Source: Gammaproteobacteria bacterium (GTDB taxonomy: Bacteria; Pseudomonadota; Gammaproteobacteria; Eutrophobiales; Eutrophobiaceae). From it: 64,000 bases of DNA. The DNA is taken from positions 3,264,001-3,328,000 of the forward strand of contig CBDCTH010000012.1 of assembly GCA_965222155.1 (NCBI GenBank). The letters are read 5' to 3'. This document shows positions 1 through 10,179 of this stretch, piece by piece (the stretch's first letter is position 1; each line of letters starts with the position of its first letter). The position numbers and the translations under genes are program-made. The notes below the pieces were generated by a model that searched no databases, was not told where the DNA came from, and worked only from the letters and a program-made list of their open reading frames with translations.

Positions 1-2
1 CC

Positions 3-638
3 CGCAACCGCTGGAACAAGCGGCAGCTTGAACGACAGATCAACACCTTGCTCTTTGAACGCCTGCTCAAGAGCCGCGACAAGGACGGTATGCTGCAACT
101 CGCCAATGAAGGACAGGCGACCGAACATCCTATCGACATCATAAAAGATCCTTATGCCTTGGAGTTCTTAGGGCTTCCTGAGTCACATCGATTGCTCGAA
201 AGCGATCTGGAAACGGCCCTTACGAACCACATGCAGGAGTTTCTGCTGGAATTAGGATCTGGATTTGCCTTCGTGGCCCGACAGAAGCGACTCACGTTGG
301 ATGGGGACCATTTCTATGCGGACCTGGTCTTCTATCACGTACACCTCAAGTGCTATGTGATCATCGACTTGAAAACAGAAAAGCTCACTCATGGCGACAT
401 CGGCCAGATGCAGATGTACGTTCACTATTTTGATCGTGAAGTATCCACCCAGGAGGACAACCCTACGATTGGCTTGATCCTCTGCACCGACAAGAACGAC
501 GCCGTCGTCGAATACGTGCTCGACAAGGGCAACGAACGTATTTTTGCCAGTCGTTACAAGCTGGAATTTCCGCCCAAGGAAGAACTGCGCAGACTACTTC
601 TGGAATGGCGCTCCGAGAACGAAGAAGACAAGTCATGA
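3..638 (+). CDS. YhcG/DUF1016 family PD-(D/E)xK nuclease domain protein, 5'-truncated by the window edge
   Basis: The frame is open from position 3 (WNKRQLERQINTLLFERLL). Family motifs: IKDPYALEFLGL, FLLELGSGFAFVARQKR, ADLVFYH..LKCYVIIDLK, GQMQMYV, NPTIGLILC. Confidence 0.9.
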   Translation, partial: RNRWNKRQLERQINTLLFERLLKSRDKDGMLQLANEGQATEHPIDIIKDPYALEFLGLPESHRLLESDLETALTNHMQEFLLELGSGFAFVARQKRLTLDGDHFYADLVFYHVHLKCYVIIDLKTEKLTHGDIGQMQMYVHYFDREVSTQEDNPTIGLILCTDKNDAVVEYVLDKGNERIFASRYKLEFPPKEELRRLLLEWRSENEEDKS

Positions 639-2659
639 ACAAGACCATTATGGATCGAATGCCGACCACGCCGAATGTGAACCAGGAACGTCTGGAACAT
701 CTCCGAGCGCTTATGCCGGATCTGTTTACCAACGATGGGGTTCTCAACCCGGACGAGTTGAAACGCCTCATCGACCCCGACTTGGCGCCGTCGTCCGAGC
801 GCTTTGAATTCCGTTGGTTTGGGAAGGCCAACGCGAAGCGCAACGCCTTCACGCCGACGCTCGCAACGTTGGAGTACGATCACGAGCGCTCTGTGAATCC
901 AGAGCTTGCTGAGGGGAACGCGATCATTGAGGGAGAGAATCTCGAAGTCTTGAAATGCCTGCTCGCCTCGTACCGCAATCAGGTCAAATGCATCTACATT
1001 GATCCGCCGTACAACACAGGAAATGACTTCGTCTATTCTGATGCTTGGGATGAGGACAAAGAGTCCTATTGGGAGCACGTTGGCATCACGGAAGGCGGTG
1101 TCAAAGTAGACACCAATACAAAGGCCGATGGACGCTTTCACTCAAATTGGCTAAGCATGGTCTATCCGCGACTCCTTATGGCTCGCCAACTACTTTCTCA
1201 GACAGGCTATATCGTCGTTAGCATTGATGATGCGGAACTACACAATCTCAGACGGGTACTCGATGAAACGTTTGGCGAGGATAATCACATTGCTACACTT
1301 GTCTGGGATCGTAACAGAAAGAACGATGCGAAGTTCTTCTCCGTTGGACATGAATACATGGTTGTTTACGCGAAGGATAAGTACCTTTTGCGAGATCAGG
1401 GAGTGGCCTTGCGCGTAGAAAAGGACGGGGTGGGTGAGGTACGCACGCTATTTGAAGGTCTACGTGCGAAACACGGTGACGATTGGGGCAAGGTGCGAGA
1501 GGAGCTCCAGGCTCTCTATGCTTCATGGAGCGATGACGACATCAGAAAGCCTCTTACCAGATTCAGCAAGGTCGATGAGTGTGGCCCCTATCGCGACGAT
1601 GGAAACATAAACTGGCCAGGCGGGGGTGGTCCTCGCTACGAGGTTCTGCACCCTCGCACACAGAAGCCATGTAAGCTCCCCGTTAGCGGCTGGCGTTTTC
1701 CTACGCCTGAACGTTTCTGGGAGGAATATGAACACGGGCACATCGTTTTTGGGCCAGATGAAAGAACTATCCCCAGTATTCGAACCAATTTGTTCGAGAA
1801 AACCACTCAGGTAATGCGGAGCGTTTTTTTCAGCTACGCACAGACTGCATCCAATGAATTTGTGGAACTCTTTGATGGCAAACGCGTATTTGACAACCCC
1901 AAGCACTACGCCGATATCCGAAGGATCGTGGAATATCTAACCGAGCCAGGAGACATTGTCCTGGATTTCTTTGCTGGATCAGGAACAACCGGCCACGCGG
2001 TGATACAGCTGAACTCTGAGACCGATACACAGCCACGTCAGTTTATCTTGGTTCAGATTCCCGAAGCAGTTTCGAGCAAAGATACTGCTTTCAAGGCGGG
2101 GTTCAAACATATATCGGACATCACCATTGAGCGGAACAAACGTGTAGTCGCCCGCATGGACGAAGCGGCAGATGCAGCAGAACGCGAGGCTAAACAGCAG
2201 TTGCCTGGAATCGCCCTTCAGCAGAGCCCCGCCTATCGCTCGGGCTTCAAGGTCTACAGACTCGCCAAGTCTCGCTTTCCGCGTACCGAATTTGAACCAG
2301 ACCCCGAGAAGACGGATGAGGAAAACCTTGAAGCGCTTGATGCTTACATCCGAGAGAAAGAAGCAGCATTTCTGATGACTTTCGACCGGGATGACATCCT
2401 TCAGGAAGTCCTCCTCAAGAACGGTTTCATGCTCGACGTCCAGACGGAAGCCCTTGTCAACTTCACCGAGAACGCAGTCTTCCGCGCATGGGATTCGCTG
2501 AAGGAGGTGACAGTCTGCCTCGATTACAATCTGAAGGAGCAGACCATCGCCAAACTCAAAGGCATGGAAGGCATCTTCATCTGTCTTGAGCAAGCGCTCA
2601 ATACCACGAAGAAATGGAACCTCCGCGCTGAATTCGGAGAGAGACTGGTGGCATTCTGA
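635..2659 (+). CDS. mod: Type III restriction-modification Mod-like N6-adenine DNA methyltransferase (beta class)
   Basis: IIEGENLEVLK, catalytic IYIDPPYNTG, HSNWLSMVYPRL, FDNPK and SAM-binding VLDFFAGSGTT, with DPPY before FxGxG. The ATG at 635 overlaps the upstream stop. Confidence 0.88.
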   Translation: MNKTIMDRMPTTPNVNQERLEHLRALMPDLFTNDGVLNPDELKRLIDPDLAPSSERFEFRWFGKANAKRNAFTPTLATLEYDHERSVNPELAEGNAIIEGENLEVLKCLLASYRNQVKCIYIDPPYNTGNDFVYSDAWDEDKESYWEHVGITEGGVKVDTNTKADGRFHSNWLSMVYPRLLMARQLLSQTGYIVVSIDDAELHNLRRVLDETFGEDNHIATLVWDRNRKNDAKFFSVGHEYMVVYAKDKYLLRDQGVALRVEKDGVGEVRTLFEGLRAKHGDDWGKVREELQALYASWSDDDIRKPLTRFSKVDECGPYRDDGNINWPGGGGPRYEVLHPRTQKPCKLPVSGWRFPTPERFWEEYEHGHIVFGPDERTIPSIRTNLFEKTTQVMRSVFFSYAQTASNEFVELFDGKRVFDNPKHYADIRRIVEYLTEPGDIVLDFFAGSGTTGHAVIQLNSETDTQPRQFILVQIPEAVSSKDTAFKAGFKHISDITIERNKRVVARMDEAADAAEREAKQQLPGIALQQSPAYRSGFKVYRLAKSRFPRTEFEPDPEKTDEENLEALDAYIREKEAAFLMTFDRDDILQEVLLKNGFMLDVQTEALVNFTENAVFRAWDSLKEVTVCLDYNLKEQTIAKLKGMEGIFICLEQALNTTKKWNLRAEFGERLVAF

Positions 2660-2700
2660 AGATACAAGGAGGATGCAACGGCTGAACCGCTCTGCCGTGC

Positions 2701-4956
2701 ATGACAGAACATCGAATGAACATTGCCTTTGTTGAGATACAGAATTTCCGGAAGCTGAAGGCATGCCGCGTCGAGATCGCGCAACAGGAGACGATCTTCG
2801 TCGGCGCGAATAACAGCGGCAAGACATCCGCAATGGATGCTCTAATCCTCTTTCTCAAGCGGAGCCGCCGCAAGGACTTTGCGACTACGGATTTCACCCT
2901 TTCGAACTGGCTATGTCTTGATCAACTCGGAAAACAGTGGGTAGCTGCCGCCGATAATGAAGAACCAGAGCTCGCCGTTGATGCCTTGCTACCTCTGCTA
3001 CCCTCTATCGATGTTTGGCTCAATACCGACGAAAAAGACCTTCACCGTGTCGCGCATCTTCTCCCCACACTGGATTGGACACCCAAGGAATTGCTGGGAG
3101 TCAGGCTTGTGTTAGCACCAAAGAAGATGGAGCAACTTTACAAGGACTTCCGAAGTGCCTACAAATCGGCGCGTGACGCCGAGTCGGCTTCCACCAATGC
3201 AGAGTCGCCGCCGTCTCTATGGCCAAACTCAATGAGGGACTTTCTGGACAGACGGCTTCACAGCCAGTTTGAAGTCCAGTCCTACATTCTCGACCCTACG
3301 CATCGCCAAGATCCTGTGCAAGGAATCGCCAAGCCTCAGTCGCTGCCGCCCGACAGCGACCCGTTCAAGAAGGATCCATTCGATGGTCTCATCAAGCTTG
3401 ACGTAATCACTGCCCAGAGAGGCTTTTCCGATCCCAAGACAGAGGATGAGTCACACAGTGGCTTTGCGAGCCTTTCGACCCAGCTGCGCCGTTACTTCTC
3501 CAAGCACTTGAATCCATCAGAAGCCCCGGAGGCGAGTGATATCGAGGCGCTGGAGGCGATCGAAGCGGCGAAAACGGTATTCAACGAGACGTTAAAGACG
3601 AGCTTCAAGCCTGCCATTGGAGAACTTGAAGGTCTCAACTATCCGGGATTCAGTGACCCGAAAATCTCCATAACAAGCAAGATCGATCCACGCGACAGCC
3701 TTGATCACGAGGCCGCAGTACAGTTCGACCTGCCTGGAGCAGACTCGCTGTCCTTGCCCGAGAAATACAATGGACTGGGTTACCAGAACCTCATCTCGAT
3801 GGTATTCAACCTGATCCGATTCAGGGACGAATGGATGCGGATTGGGAAAGCGGCCGAGAGTCAAGACACCAAGGGTGCTGCTATTGAGCCCTTGCACGTC
3901 GTACTTGTTGAAGAACCCGAAGCTCATCTGCACGCGCAGGTTCAGCAGGTATTCATCAAGAAAGCCTACAAAGTGCTCCGGCGCCACGTTGCGCTTGCGG
4001 ATTCTTCCTTCAGCACGCAGATGATCGTCAGCACTCACTCATCACATATTGCTCATGAACTGGACTTCTCTTGCCTGCGCTACTTCCGTCGGGAACCAGC
4101 CAAGAAGAATGGGGAGATTCCCACGGCAACGGTTATCAATCTCTCGCAGACGTTCGACGACCACGATGAGACCTCGAAGTTCGCCACTCGTTATCTTCGG
4201 ACAACCCACTGTGATCTCTTTTTCGCCGATGCTGCCATCCTCGTGGAGGGTTCGGCTGAACGCATGTTGATCCCCCACTTCGTCCGGGAGATGTTCCCCA
4301 AGCTGGACCAAAGCTACATCTCGCTTCTTGAGATCGGGGGCGCCCATGCACATCGTTTGAAACCACTATTGGATACTCTTGGGCTTCTGTCTCTGGTCGT
4401 TACAGACTTGGACTCTATTCACAAAACTGACACTGCCAAGGCCCGTCCGGAGCGCGGCAAAGGCTACCGAACAGGAAATACCACACTCAAGGACTGGGTG
4501 CCCAAGAAGGAACCACTTGATGATCTGCTCGATCTGCCGCATGACGCGAAACAGACAGCGGATGGGCTCGTCAGGGTCGCATACCAGTGCCCTATCACTG
4601 TGGAATACAAGGAGGGTGAAAGTGAAGGAGAGGCGATACCCTATACGTTTGAGGATTCACTGGCCTTGACGAATCTTGCGCTTTTCCGGGGGTATGCAAA
4701 TCCGGCAGGCCTATTGAAAAAGCTCCAAGCGGCTCTCAGAAAGGACACCCTCGAAGATGCCAGCAACGATATGTTCGCCAACTTGGAGAAGGGCAGCAAG
4801 GCTGAGATGGCCTTGGAGCTACTCTACCTGAGTGAGCCGGATGAGCTAGAAGCGCCAGGCTACATCGCTGATGGCCTCAAGTGGCTTGAGAAGAACCTTG
4901 AGGCGAGAAAGGTTGACGCTATCTCGACAGAGGTGGCAGAGGTAAATGATGCCTGA
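2701..4956 (+). CDS. gajA: OLD-family ATP-dependent endonuclease (ABC ATPase + TOPRIM), Gabija GajA-like
   Basis: IQNFRKLK, Walker A GANNSGKT, GLGYQN signature, Walker B LVEEPEAHLH, STHSSH; TOPRIM ILVEGSAE and VTDLD; directly followed by a UvrD helicase. Confidence 0.82.
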   Translation: MTEHRMNIAFVEIQNFRKLKACRVEIAQQETIFVGANNSGKTSAMDALILFLKRSRRKDFATTDFTLSNWLCLDQLGKQWVAAADNEEPELAVDALLPLLPSIDVWLNTDEKDLHRVAHLLPTLDWTPKELLGVRLVLAPKKMEQLYKDFRSAYKSARDAESASTNAESPPSLWPNSMRDFLDRRLHSQFEVQSYILDPTHRQDPVQGIAKPQSLPPDSDPFKKDPFDGLIKLDVITAQRGFSDPKTEDESHSGFASLSTQLRRYFSKHLNPSEAPEASDIEALEAIEAAKTVFNETLKTSFKPAIGELEGLNYPGFSDPKISITSKIDPRDSLDHEAAVQFDLPGADSLSLPEKYNGLGYQNLISMVFNLIRFRDEWMRIGKAAESQDTKGAAIEPLHVVLVEEPEAHLHAQVQQVFIKKAYKVLRRHVALADSSFSTQMIVSTHSSHIAHELDFSCLRYFRREPAKKNGEIPTATVINLSQTFDDHDETSKFATRYLRTTHCDLFFADAAILVEGSAERMLIPHFVREMFPKLDQSYISLLEIGGAHAHRLKPLLDTLGLLSLVVTDLDSIHKTDTAKARPERGKGYRTGNTTLKDWVPKKEPLDDLLDLPHDAKQTADGLVRVAYQCPITVEYKEGESEGEAIPYTFEDSLALTNLALFRGYANPAGLLKKLQAALRKDTLEDASNDMFANLEKGSKAEMALELLYLSEPDELEAPGYIADGLKWLEKNLEARKVDAISTEVAEVNDA

Positions 4957-6832
4957 GGCAGTCGCTCAAGGGGATGAACTCAGAAAGACGATTGCGGCGT
5001 GTCTCGACCTGGAGAAGCCCAAGAGCTTCTTCCTCTATGCCGGCGCTGGCTCCGGCAAGACAAGGGCGGTCATTGAGGCAATGGACATCTTTCGGACCCG
5101 CTATGGCACGCAGTTCCGGCAGTCGGGCCAGAAAGTTGCTGTCATAACCTACACCAATGCCGCATGTGATGAGATTAGGCGCAGAACAGATTTCGATCCC
5201 ATCTTTGCCGTGTCCACGATCCACAGTTTTGCTTGGGAGCAGATCCGCACATACCACAAAGACATCTCTGCTTGGCTCCGCCTACGTCTGTCCAACGAAA
5301 TCACTGAACTTCGTGAGAGGCAAGCGTCCGGGAAGATGGGAACAAAGGCCGCTCTTGAGCGAGAAGTACAAATAGAGTCAAAGCAGAAGCGTCTTCAGCA
5401 TCTCAATATCATCAAGCAGTTCACCTACAACCCAAACGGCGAAAATGTAGGCAAGAACTCATTGAACCATGCTGAGGTCATAGCCATCTCAGCGGCGTTT
5501 CTCACCGATAAGCCACTCATGCGGCAGATACTGGTTCGGAAGTACCCCGTCCTGCTCATCGACGAAAGCCAGGACACACAGAAAGACCTGATTGATGCGT
5601 TCTTCGCCCTTCAGGCGGAGCATCCAGACCAGTTCAGTCTGTGTCTGTTCGGTGACACGATGCAACGCATCTTTGCGGACGGGAAAGTCGGATTGGAGCA
5701 GGCTGTCCCGGCAAATTGGGAGAAGCCTGCTATTGCAGTCAACCACAGGTGCCCCAAACGAATTGTGACGCTTCTCAACCAGATCAGATCGGAAGCGGAC
5801 GGCGCTCGGCAGGAGCCTAGGCAAGACGCGCAAGAAGGTGTCGTGCGACTGTTTCTGATCAATGATTTTGAGGGTATAGACAAACCGAAAGTCGAAGCGG
5901 AAGCGGCCAGGATAATGGCAGAGGCCACTTCCGATGACGGATGGATGAGCGAACAAGCAGCCAAAGTACTTACCCTCGAGCATCACATGGCCGCACGCAG
6001 GGGCGGCTTCGACCGTTTCTTTGAGCCACTCTACAAGGTAGACAAATTCAGGACCGGTCTGCTCGATGGAACTTTGAACGGGGTTGCTTTCTTCGCACAG
6101 CAGGTTCTTCCCTTGGTTCAAGCTATGCGATCCAAAGATAGGTTTGCTGTGGCTCGGGTCGTGAAGGATCACTCCCCGATCGTGTCTCCCGAAAGACTGA
6201 GCGGAAACGCGACTTCATTAGAGGAAATTCGCAAGGCTGGGAGGTCTGTGGAGTCCATGTTCTCCCTGTGGAACGATGGCGCAGATCCCATCCTGTTGGA
6301 TATTCTCGAGGTAGTTGATCACGAGGGCCTGTTCGGTATCCCCGATGTATTTGCGCCCATCCTGTCCGACTCTGATGGGCAGGGAGAAGAGGTAGAGTCA
6401 GTTCCCGCAGCTGCTGAAGACGACAGAAATCCTGAGGTCGATGCTTGGCAGGAAGCGCTTGCTGTCCCGTTCAGTCAGTTCGAAGCCTATGCAGAGTACA
6501 TCTCTGACAGGTCGCCTTTCGGAACACATCAAGGCATCAAAGGGCTGCAGTTCCCGCGAGTCATGGTCATCCTCGATGACAACGAAGCCCGCGGTTTCAT
6601 GTTCAGCTATGAGAAGTTGCTTGGGGCGAAAGCTCCGACGAACACAGATGAAAAGAACCGGCGTGAAGGGAAGGACACATCTGTAGACAGAACCCGACGT
6701 CTCTTCTACGTTACTTGCAGCAGGGCTCAGCGGAGCCTCGCCGTGATTGTGTACACGAAAGAGCCGGAAAAGGTCGCCAGCCATGTGTCCAGTGTTAGCT
6801 GGTTCGAGAACCAAGAAGTGGTCCGAATGTGA
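4949..6832 (+). CDS. gajB: UvrD-like SF1 helicase, Gabija GajB-like
   Basis: AGAGSGKT, ITYTNAA, STIHSF, LIDESQDT, FGDTMQRIF, NHRCP, THQGIKGLQF, RRLFYVTCSRA; overlaps the end of the OLD nuclease gene. Confidence 0.82.
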   Translation: MPEAVAQGDELRKTIAACLDLEKPKSFFLYAGAGSGKTRAVIEAMDIFRTRYGTQFRQSGQKVAVITYTNAACDEIRRRTDFDPIFAVSTIHSFAWEQIRTYHKDISAWLRLRLSNEITELRERQASGKMGTKAALEREVQIESKQKRLQHLNIIKQFTYNPNGENVGKNSLNHAEVIAISAAFLTDKPLMRQILVRKYPVLLIDESQDTQKDLIDAFFALQAEHPDQFSLCLFGDTMQRIFADGKVGLEQAVPANWEKPAIAVNHRCPKRIVTLLNQIRSEADGARQEPRQDAQEGVVRLFLINDFEGIDKPKVEAEAARIMAEATSDDGWMSEQAAKVLTLEHHMAARRGGFDRFFEPLYKVDKFRTGLLDGTLNGVAFFAQQVLPLVQAMRSKDRFAVARVVKDHSPIVSPERLSGNATSLEEIRKAGRSVESMFSLWNDGADPILLDILEVVDHEGLFGIPDVFAPILSDSDGQGEEVESVPAAAEDDRNPEVDAWQEALAVPFSQFEAYAEYISDRSPFGTHQGIKGLQFPRVMVILDDNEARGFMFSYEKLLGAKAPTNTDEKNRREGKDTSVDRTRRLFYVTCSRAQRSLAVIVYTKEPEKVASHVSSVSWFENQEVVRM

Positions 6833-7071
6833 AACACGCAGCATGCACACGGCTTGAAAGCAATTGATCGAATGAACGCAAGACATGAACAGAAGGCGAA
6901 GCAAGCGGACGTGCCAGCTACGCCTCTTGGCCAGTTTCTGTTAAAAAGCTATGCCTATAAGGACAACACGCTCGCTGTGTTCGTGTGAAGGCTGCCAGTC
7001 TGCCCGTGCTCCTGACAAACTGACCCAGCGTAGCGGTTTGACCGCGTTAATCATTCGGATATAATTCGAGC

Positions 7072-7758
7072 ATGGCGACCACACACTCCCATAATACCCA
7101 TAGCGCTCCGATCAGCAAGCGCAGCGCAGAGACTCTCGAAGCATTTGAAGCGATCATCCTTGCCGAGGGGTTCTCGCGGCTCAACGTCTCGGAGATCGCC
7201 GCGCGTCTCAGGTGTTCGAAGCGCACCCTCTATGAGATCGCCCCGAGCAAGAAGATGCTGGTGCTGAAGGCCCTGGACAACTTTTTCAACCGCATCAGGC
7301 AAGAAGCCGACCAGGTGACCGATAACACCTTGGATCCGGAACGTCAGGTCTACGAGTATCTTCAGGTTGGGGCGCGTGCCGCCGAGCGGTTGAACCAGGC
7401 TGTGGTCGCCGACATCCACGAATGGGAGCCGGCGCGAACGCTTTGGCGGGAGCACATCAGCCTGCGCGTCGACGGCATGTGCCGGATTATCGACAACGGT
7501 GTCAAGGCCGGCGTCTTCCGAGAAGTGCTACCGGCGTTCGTCGCCGAAATCGTGTTCGCCAGCATCAACCGATTGCGCGAACCTGACTTCAGCGATTCCA
7601 CGGGCCTGACGATCTCGGAGGCATTCCACGAGCTCTACGAAATGCTCCTGCACTCGCTCATGCATCGCAGCGGGCGGCTTGAGAGGGAGACGTTCAACTT
7701 GTCGCGGTCCGCGCGGCGGCGCATTTATCGGGAAGCAGGCTCGCGCTTGCCACGGTGA
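7072..7758 (+). CDS. TetR/AcrR family transcriptional regulator
   Basis: N-terminal HTH: AEGFSRLNVSEIAARLRCSKRTLYEIAPSKKMLV; C-terminal GVKAGVFR. Confidence 0.88.
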   Translation: MATTHSHNTHSAPISKRSAETLEAFEAIILAEGFSRLNVSEIAARLRCSKRTLYEIAPSKKMLVLKALDNFFNRIRQEADQVTDNTLDPERQVYEYLQVGARAAERLNQAVVADIHEWEPARTLWREHISLRVDGMCRIIDNGVKAGVFREVLPAFVAEIVFASINRLREPDFSDSTGLTISEAFHELYEMLLHSLMHRSGRLERETFNLSRSARRRIYREAGSRLPR

Positions 7759-7812
7759 GATCCGGAGCCGAGTCCTATCGGTGGCGGTTTCTGAATTACC
7801 TGCGATCCAGCC

Positions 7813-10179
7813 CTAGGCAGTGTTTGCCGCTTGAATAGCCGACCAGATCTTTGTGGGTGTTGCCGGCATTGAAAGGTCGGTGACACCGATGGGTTTGAGC
7901 GCATCGAAAATGGCGTTCATGACGGTAATCGGTGCACCAATGGTTCCCGCCTCACCGGCACCCTTAGCGCCCAGTGGATTTGATATCGAGATCGTATCTA
8001 ATTCCGAAACTTCAAATGCTGGTAGATCATCCGCACGTGGCATAGCGTAATCGAGGAAGGACGCGCTCAACGGCTGGCCTGAATCGGCATCGTATACGGC
8101 GTTTTCGAGAAGCGCCTGACCAATGCCCTGAGCAAGGCCGCCATGAACCTGACCGTGTACGACCATCGGATTGATAACCACGCCGAAATCATCGAAGACG
8201 GTGTAACGATCGACCCTAGTCTCGCCGGTCTCCGGATCGATTTCGACCTCGCAAATGTGACAGCCAGCAGGAAAAGTGAAGTTCGGTGGGTCGAAGAAGG
8301 TGGTCTCTTCAAGCCCAGGCTCGAGCTGCTCCAATGGATAGTTTCCCGGAACATACGCTTCGCGCGCAATTTCCTTGAATGACAAGCTATGGACCGCATC
8401 CTTGTGTTTGAAAAACCCGTCGATGAATTCGATGTCGTCGGCATTACTTTCAAGCATATGTGCCGCGATCTTTTTGCCCTTGGCGATGATTTTCCCGGTG
8501 CCTAAAAGCACCGCGCTGCCGCCTGCGCTGATTGAGCGTGATGCGTATGTTCCTATGCCGAACGGCAGTTGATTGGTATCACCGTGGATTACTTCGATCT
8601 CGTCCAGAGGCAGGCCAAGCTGATCCGAAACGATTTGGGCAAACGTCGTCTCGTGACTCTGTCCGTGGCTGTGTGCGCCGGTAAGGACGCGCACCGATCC
8701 ATCCGGATTTACCCGGACCGTCGCAACCTCGAAAAATGCGTTTCCCGAGCCGAAAGCAATCGCCGCCTGGGAAGGCGCCGCGCCGGCTTGCTCGGTATAC
8801 GCGATTACGCCTAATCCACGCAGCTTGCCGGCGGTCTGTGATGCCGCCTTGCGTGCGTCGTACCCTTTCATGTCTGCGTTTTCCAATGCGCCGTCGACGC
8901 ATTGATCGTACGCGCCTTCGGTATAGACGAGTCCCAAGGGCGACTGGTATGGGAAGGCCGACGGCGGAATAAAATTTCGTCGCCTGATCTCGATGCGGTC
9001 GATGCCGGTTGCCTCCGCAGCGAGATCGACCAGACGTTCCACCAAATACGTTGCTTCCGGGCGTCCGGCCCCGCGGTATGCGTCCACCGGCACCGTATTC
9101 GTCATTATGCCGCGCACTCTTATTGTGATAGCCGGGATCTTGTAAACACCCGAAACCATGGTGGCGTAGAAAACGGTAGGAATTGCGGCACCGTATTGCG
9201 ATAGCGCAGCACCCAAATTGGCATCAGTATCGACACGCAGAGCCAAAAACTTTCCATCGGAGTTCAGCGCCAGGGTTGCATGAGTTACATGATCGCGGCT
9301 GTGTGCATCGGAAACGAAGGCTTCGCTGCGTTCAGCCACCCATTTCACCGGTCGACCCAAAGCCTTGGCTGCAAACAAAGCAACCAGGTCCTCTGAGTAC
9401 TGATAAATCTTGGAGCCGAAACCACCGCCAACGTCGGCCGAAATGATCCGGAGCCTGGATTCCGGAACCGGCAACGAATTTGCGCACGTCCAAGTCCGTA
9501 GAAGATGTGGATTCTGGCATGCCGCATGAAGCGTAAATTCATCGTTGTTCGCATCATGAATGGCGATAACAGCGCGCGGTTCGAGCGCATTGGCCACCAG
9601 GCGATTTTGAACGATGTCGGCCTCCACAGTTCGAGCGGCCGACGCGAATGCCTCGTCTACCGCGTCGGTATCGCCGATGATCCACTCGAAGCATTGGTTG
9701 GCGGATATGTGGTCCCAAACCTTCGGGGCATTCGCACGGGTCGCGTCGGCTATGCTCGCAACGGCAGGTAAATCCTCAAGATCGAGTTCGATCAGTTCGG
9801 CTGCGTCTTTCGCAAGAAGACTGGATTCAGCGATCACAGCCGCTACCGGCTGCCCGACATAGCGGACGCGCTCACGCGCCAATGCTTCACGCGGGGCGTC
9901 ATGCATTGGAGATCCATCGGGGTTGTACATGATCCAGCCCGGCTGCATATCGCCTATCCCGCCGGCATCGAGATGCGCGGCAGTGTAGACGGCGACAACA
10001 CCTTGCGCGGCCCGTGCCGCCGACGTGTCGATGTTACGTATCCGGGCATGTGCAGTTTGCGCACGAACGATATAAAGATACGCCTGGCCGGAATAGTTGA
10101 CGTCGCTCGTGTATGTTCCCGCGCCCGTGATGAAGCGCCGGTCTTCCTTACGCCGTACGGATTTTCCAATCGCAGTCAT
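7813..10179 (-). CDS. Xanthine dehydrogenase family molybdopterin-binding large subunit (CoxL form II-like)
   Basis: IGKSVRRKEDRRFITG, VGGGFGSK, active-site loop AYRGAGRPEA, HGQSHETTFAQ, GQVHGGLAQGIGQ, GAKGAGEAG. Confidence 0.92.
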   Translation of the reverse strand: MTAIGKSVRRKEDRRFITGAGTYTSDVNYSGQAYLYIVRAQTAHARIRNIDTSAARAAQGVVAVYTAAHLDAGGIGDMQPGWIMYNPDGSPMHDAPREALARERVRYVGQPVAAVIAESSLLAKDAAELIELDLEDLPAVASIADATRANAPKVWDHISANQCFEWIIGDTDAVDEAFASAARTVEADIVQNRLVANALEPRAVIAIHDANNDEFTLHAACQNPHLLRTWTCANSLPVPESRLRIISADVGGGFGSKIYQYSEDLVALFAAKALGRPVKWVAERSEAFVSDAHSRDHVTHATLALNSDGKFLALRVDTDANLGAALSQYGAAIPTVFYATMVSGVYKIPAITIRVRGIMTNTVPVDAYRGAGRPEATYLVERLVDLAAEATGIDRIEIRRRNFIPPSAFPYQSPLGLVYTEGAYDQCVDGALENADMKGYDARKAASQTAGKLRGLGVIAYTEQAGAAPSQAAIAFGSGNAFFEVATVRVNPDGSVRVLTGAHSHGQSHETTFAQIVSDQLGLPLDEIEVIHGDTNQLPFGIGTYASRSISAGGSAVLLGTGKIIAKGKKIAAHMLESNADDIEFIDGFFKHKDAVHSLSFKEIAREAYVPGNYPLEQLEPGLEETTFFDPPNFTFPAGCHICEVEIDPETGETRVDRYTVFDDFGVVINPMVVHGQVHGGLAQGIGQALLENAVYDADSGQPLSASFLDYAMPRADDLPAFEVSELDTISISNPLGAKGAGEAGTIGAPITVMNAIFDALKPIGVTDLSMPATPTKIWSAIQAANTA

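Noticed and set aside
6880-6960. Integron attC-like sequence after the helicase (also near 12240-12285)
   Set aside because: No complete paired R and L boxes could be built, and there is no integrase.
7813-10179. True aerobic CO dehydrogenase
   Set aside because: The active-site loop is AYRGAGR, not the form I AYxCSFR, and coxDEF accessory genes are absent.
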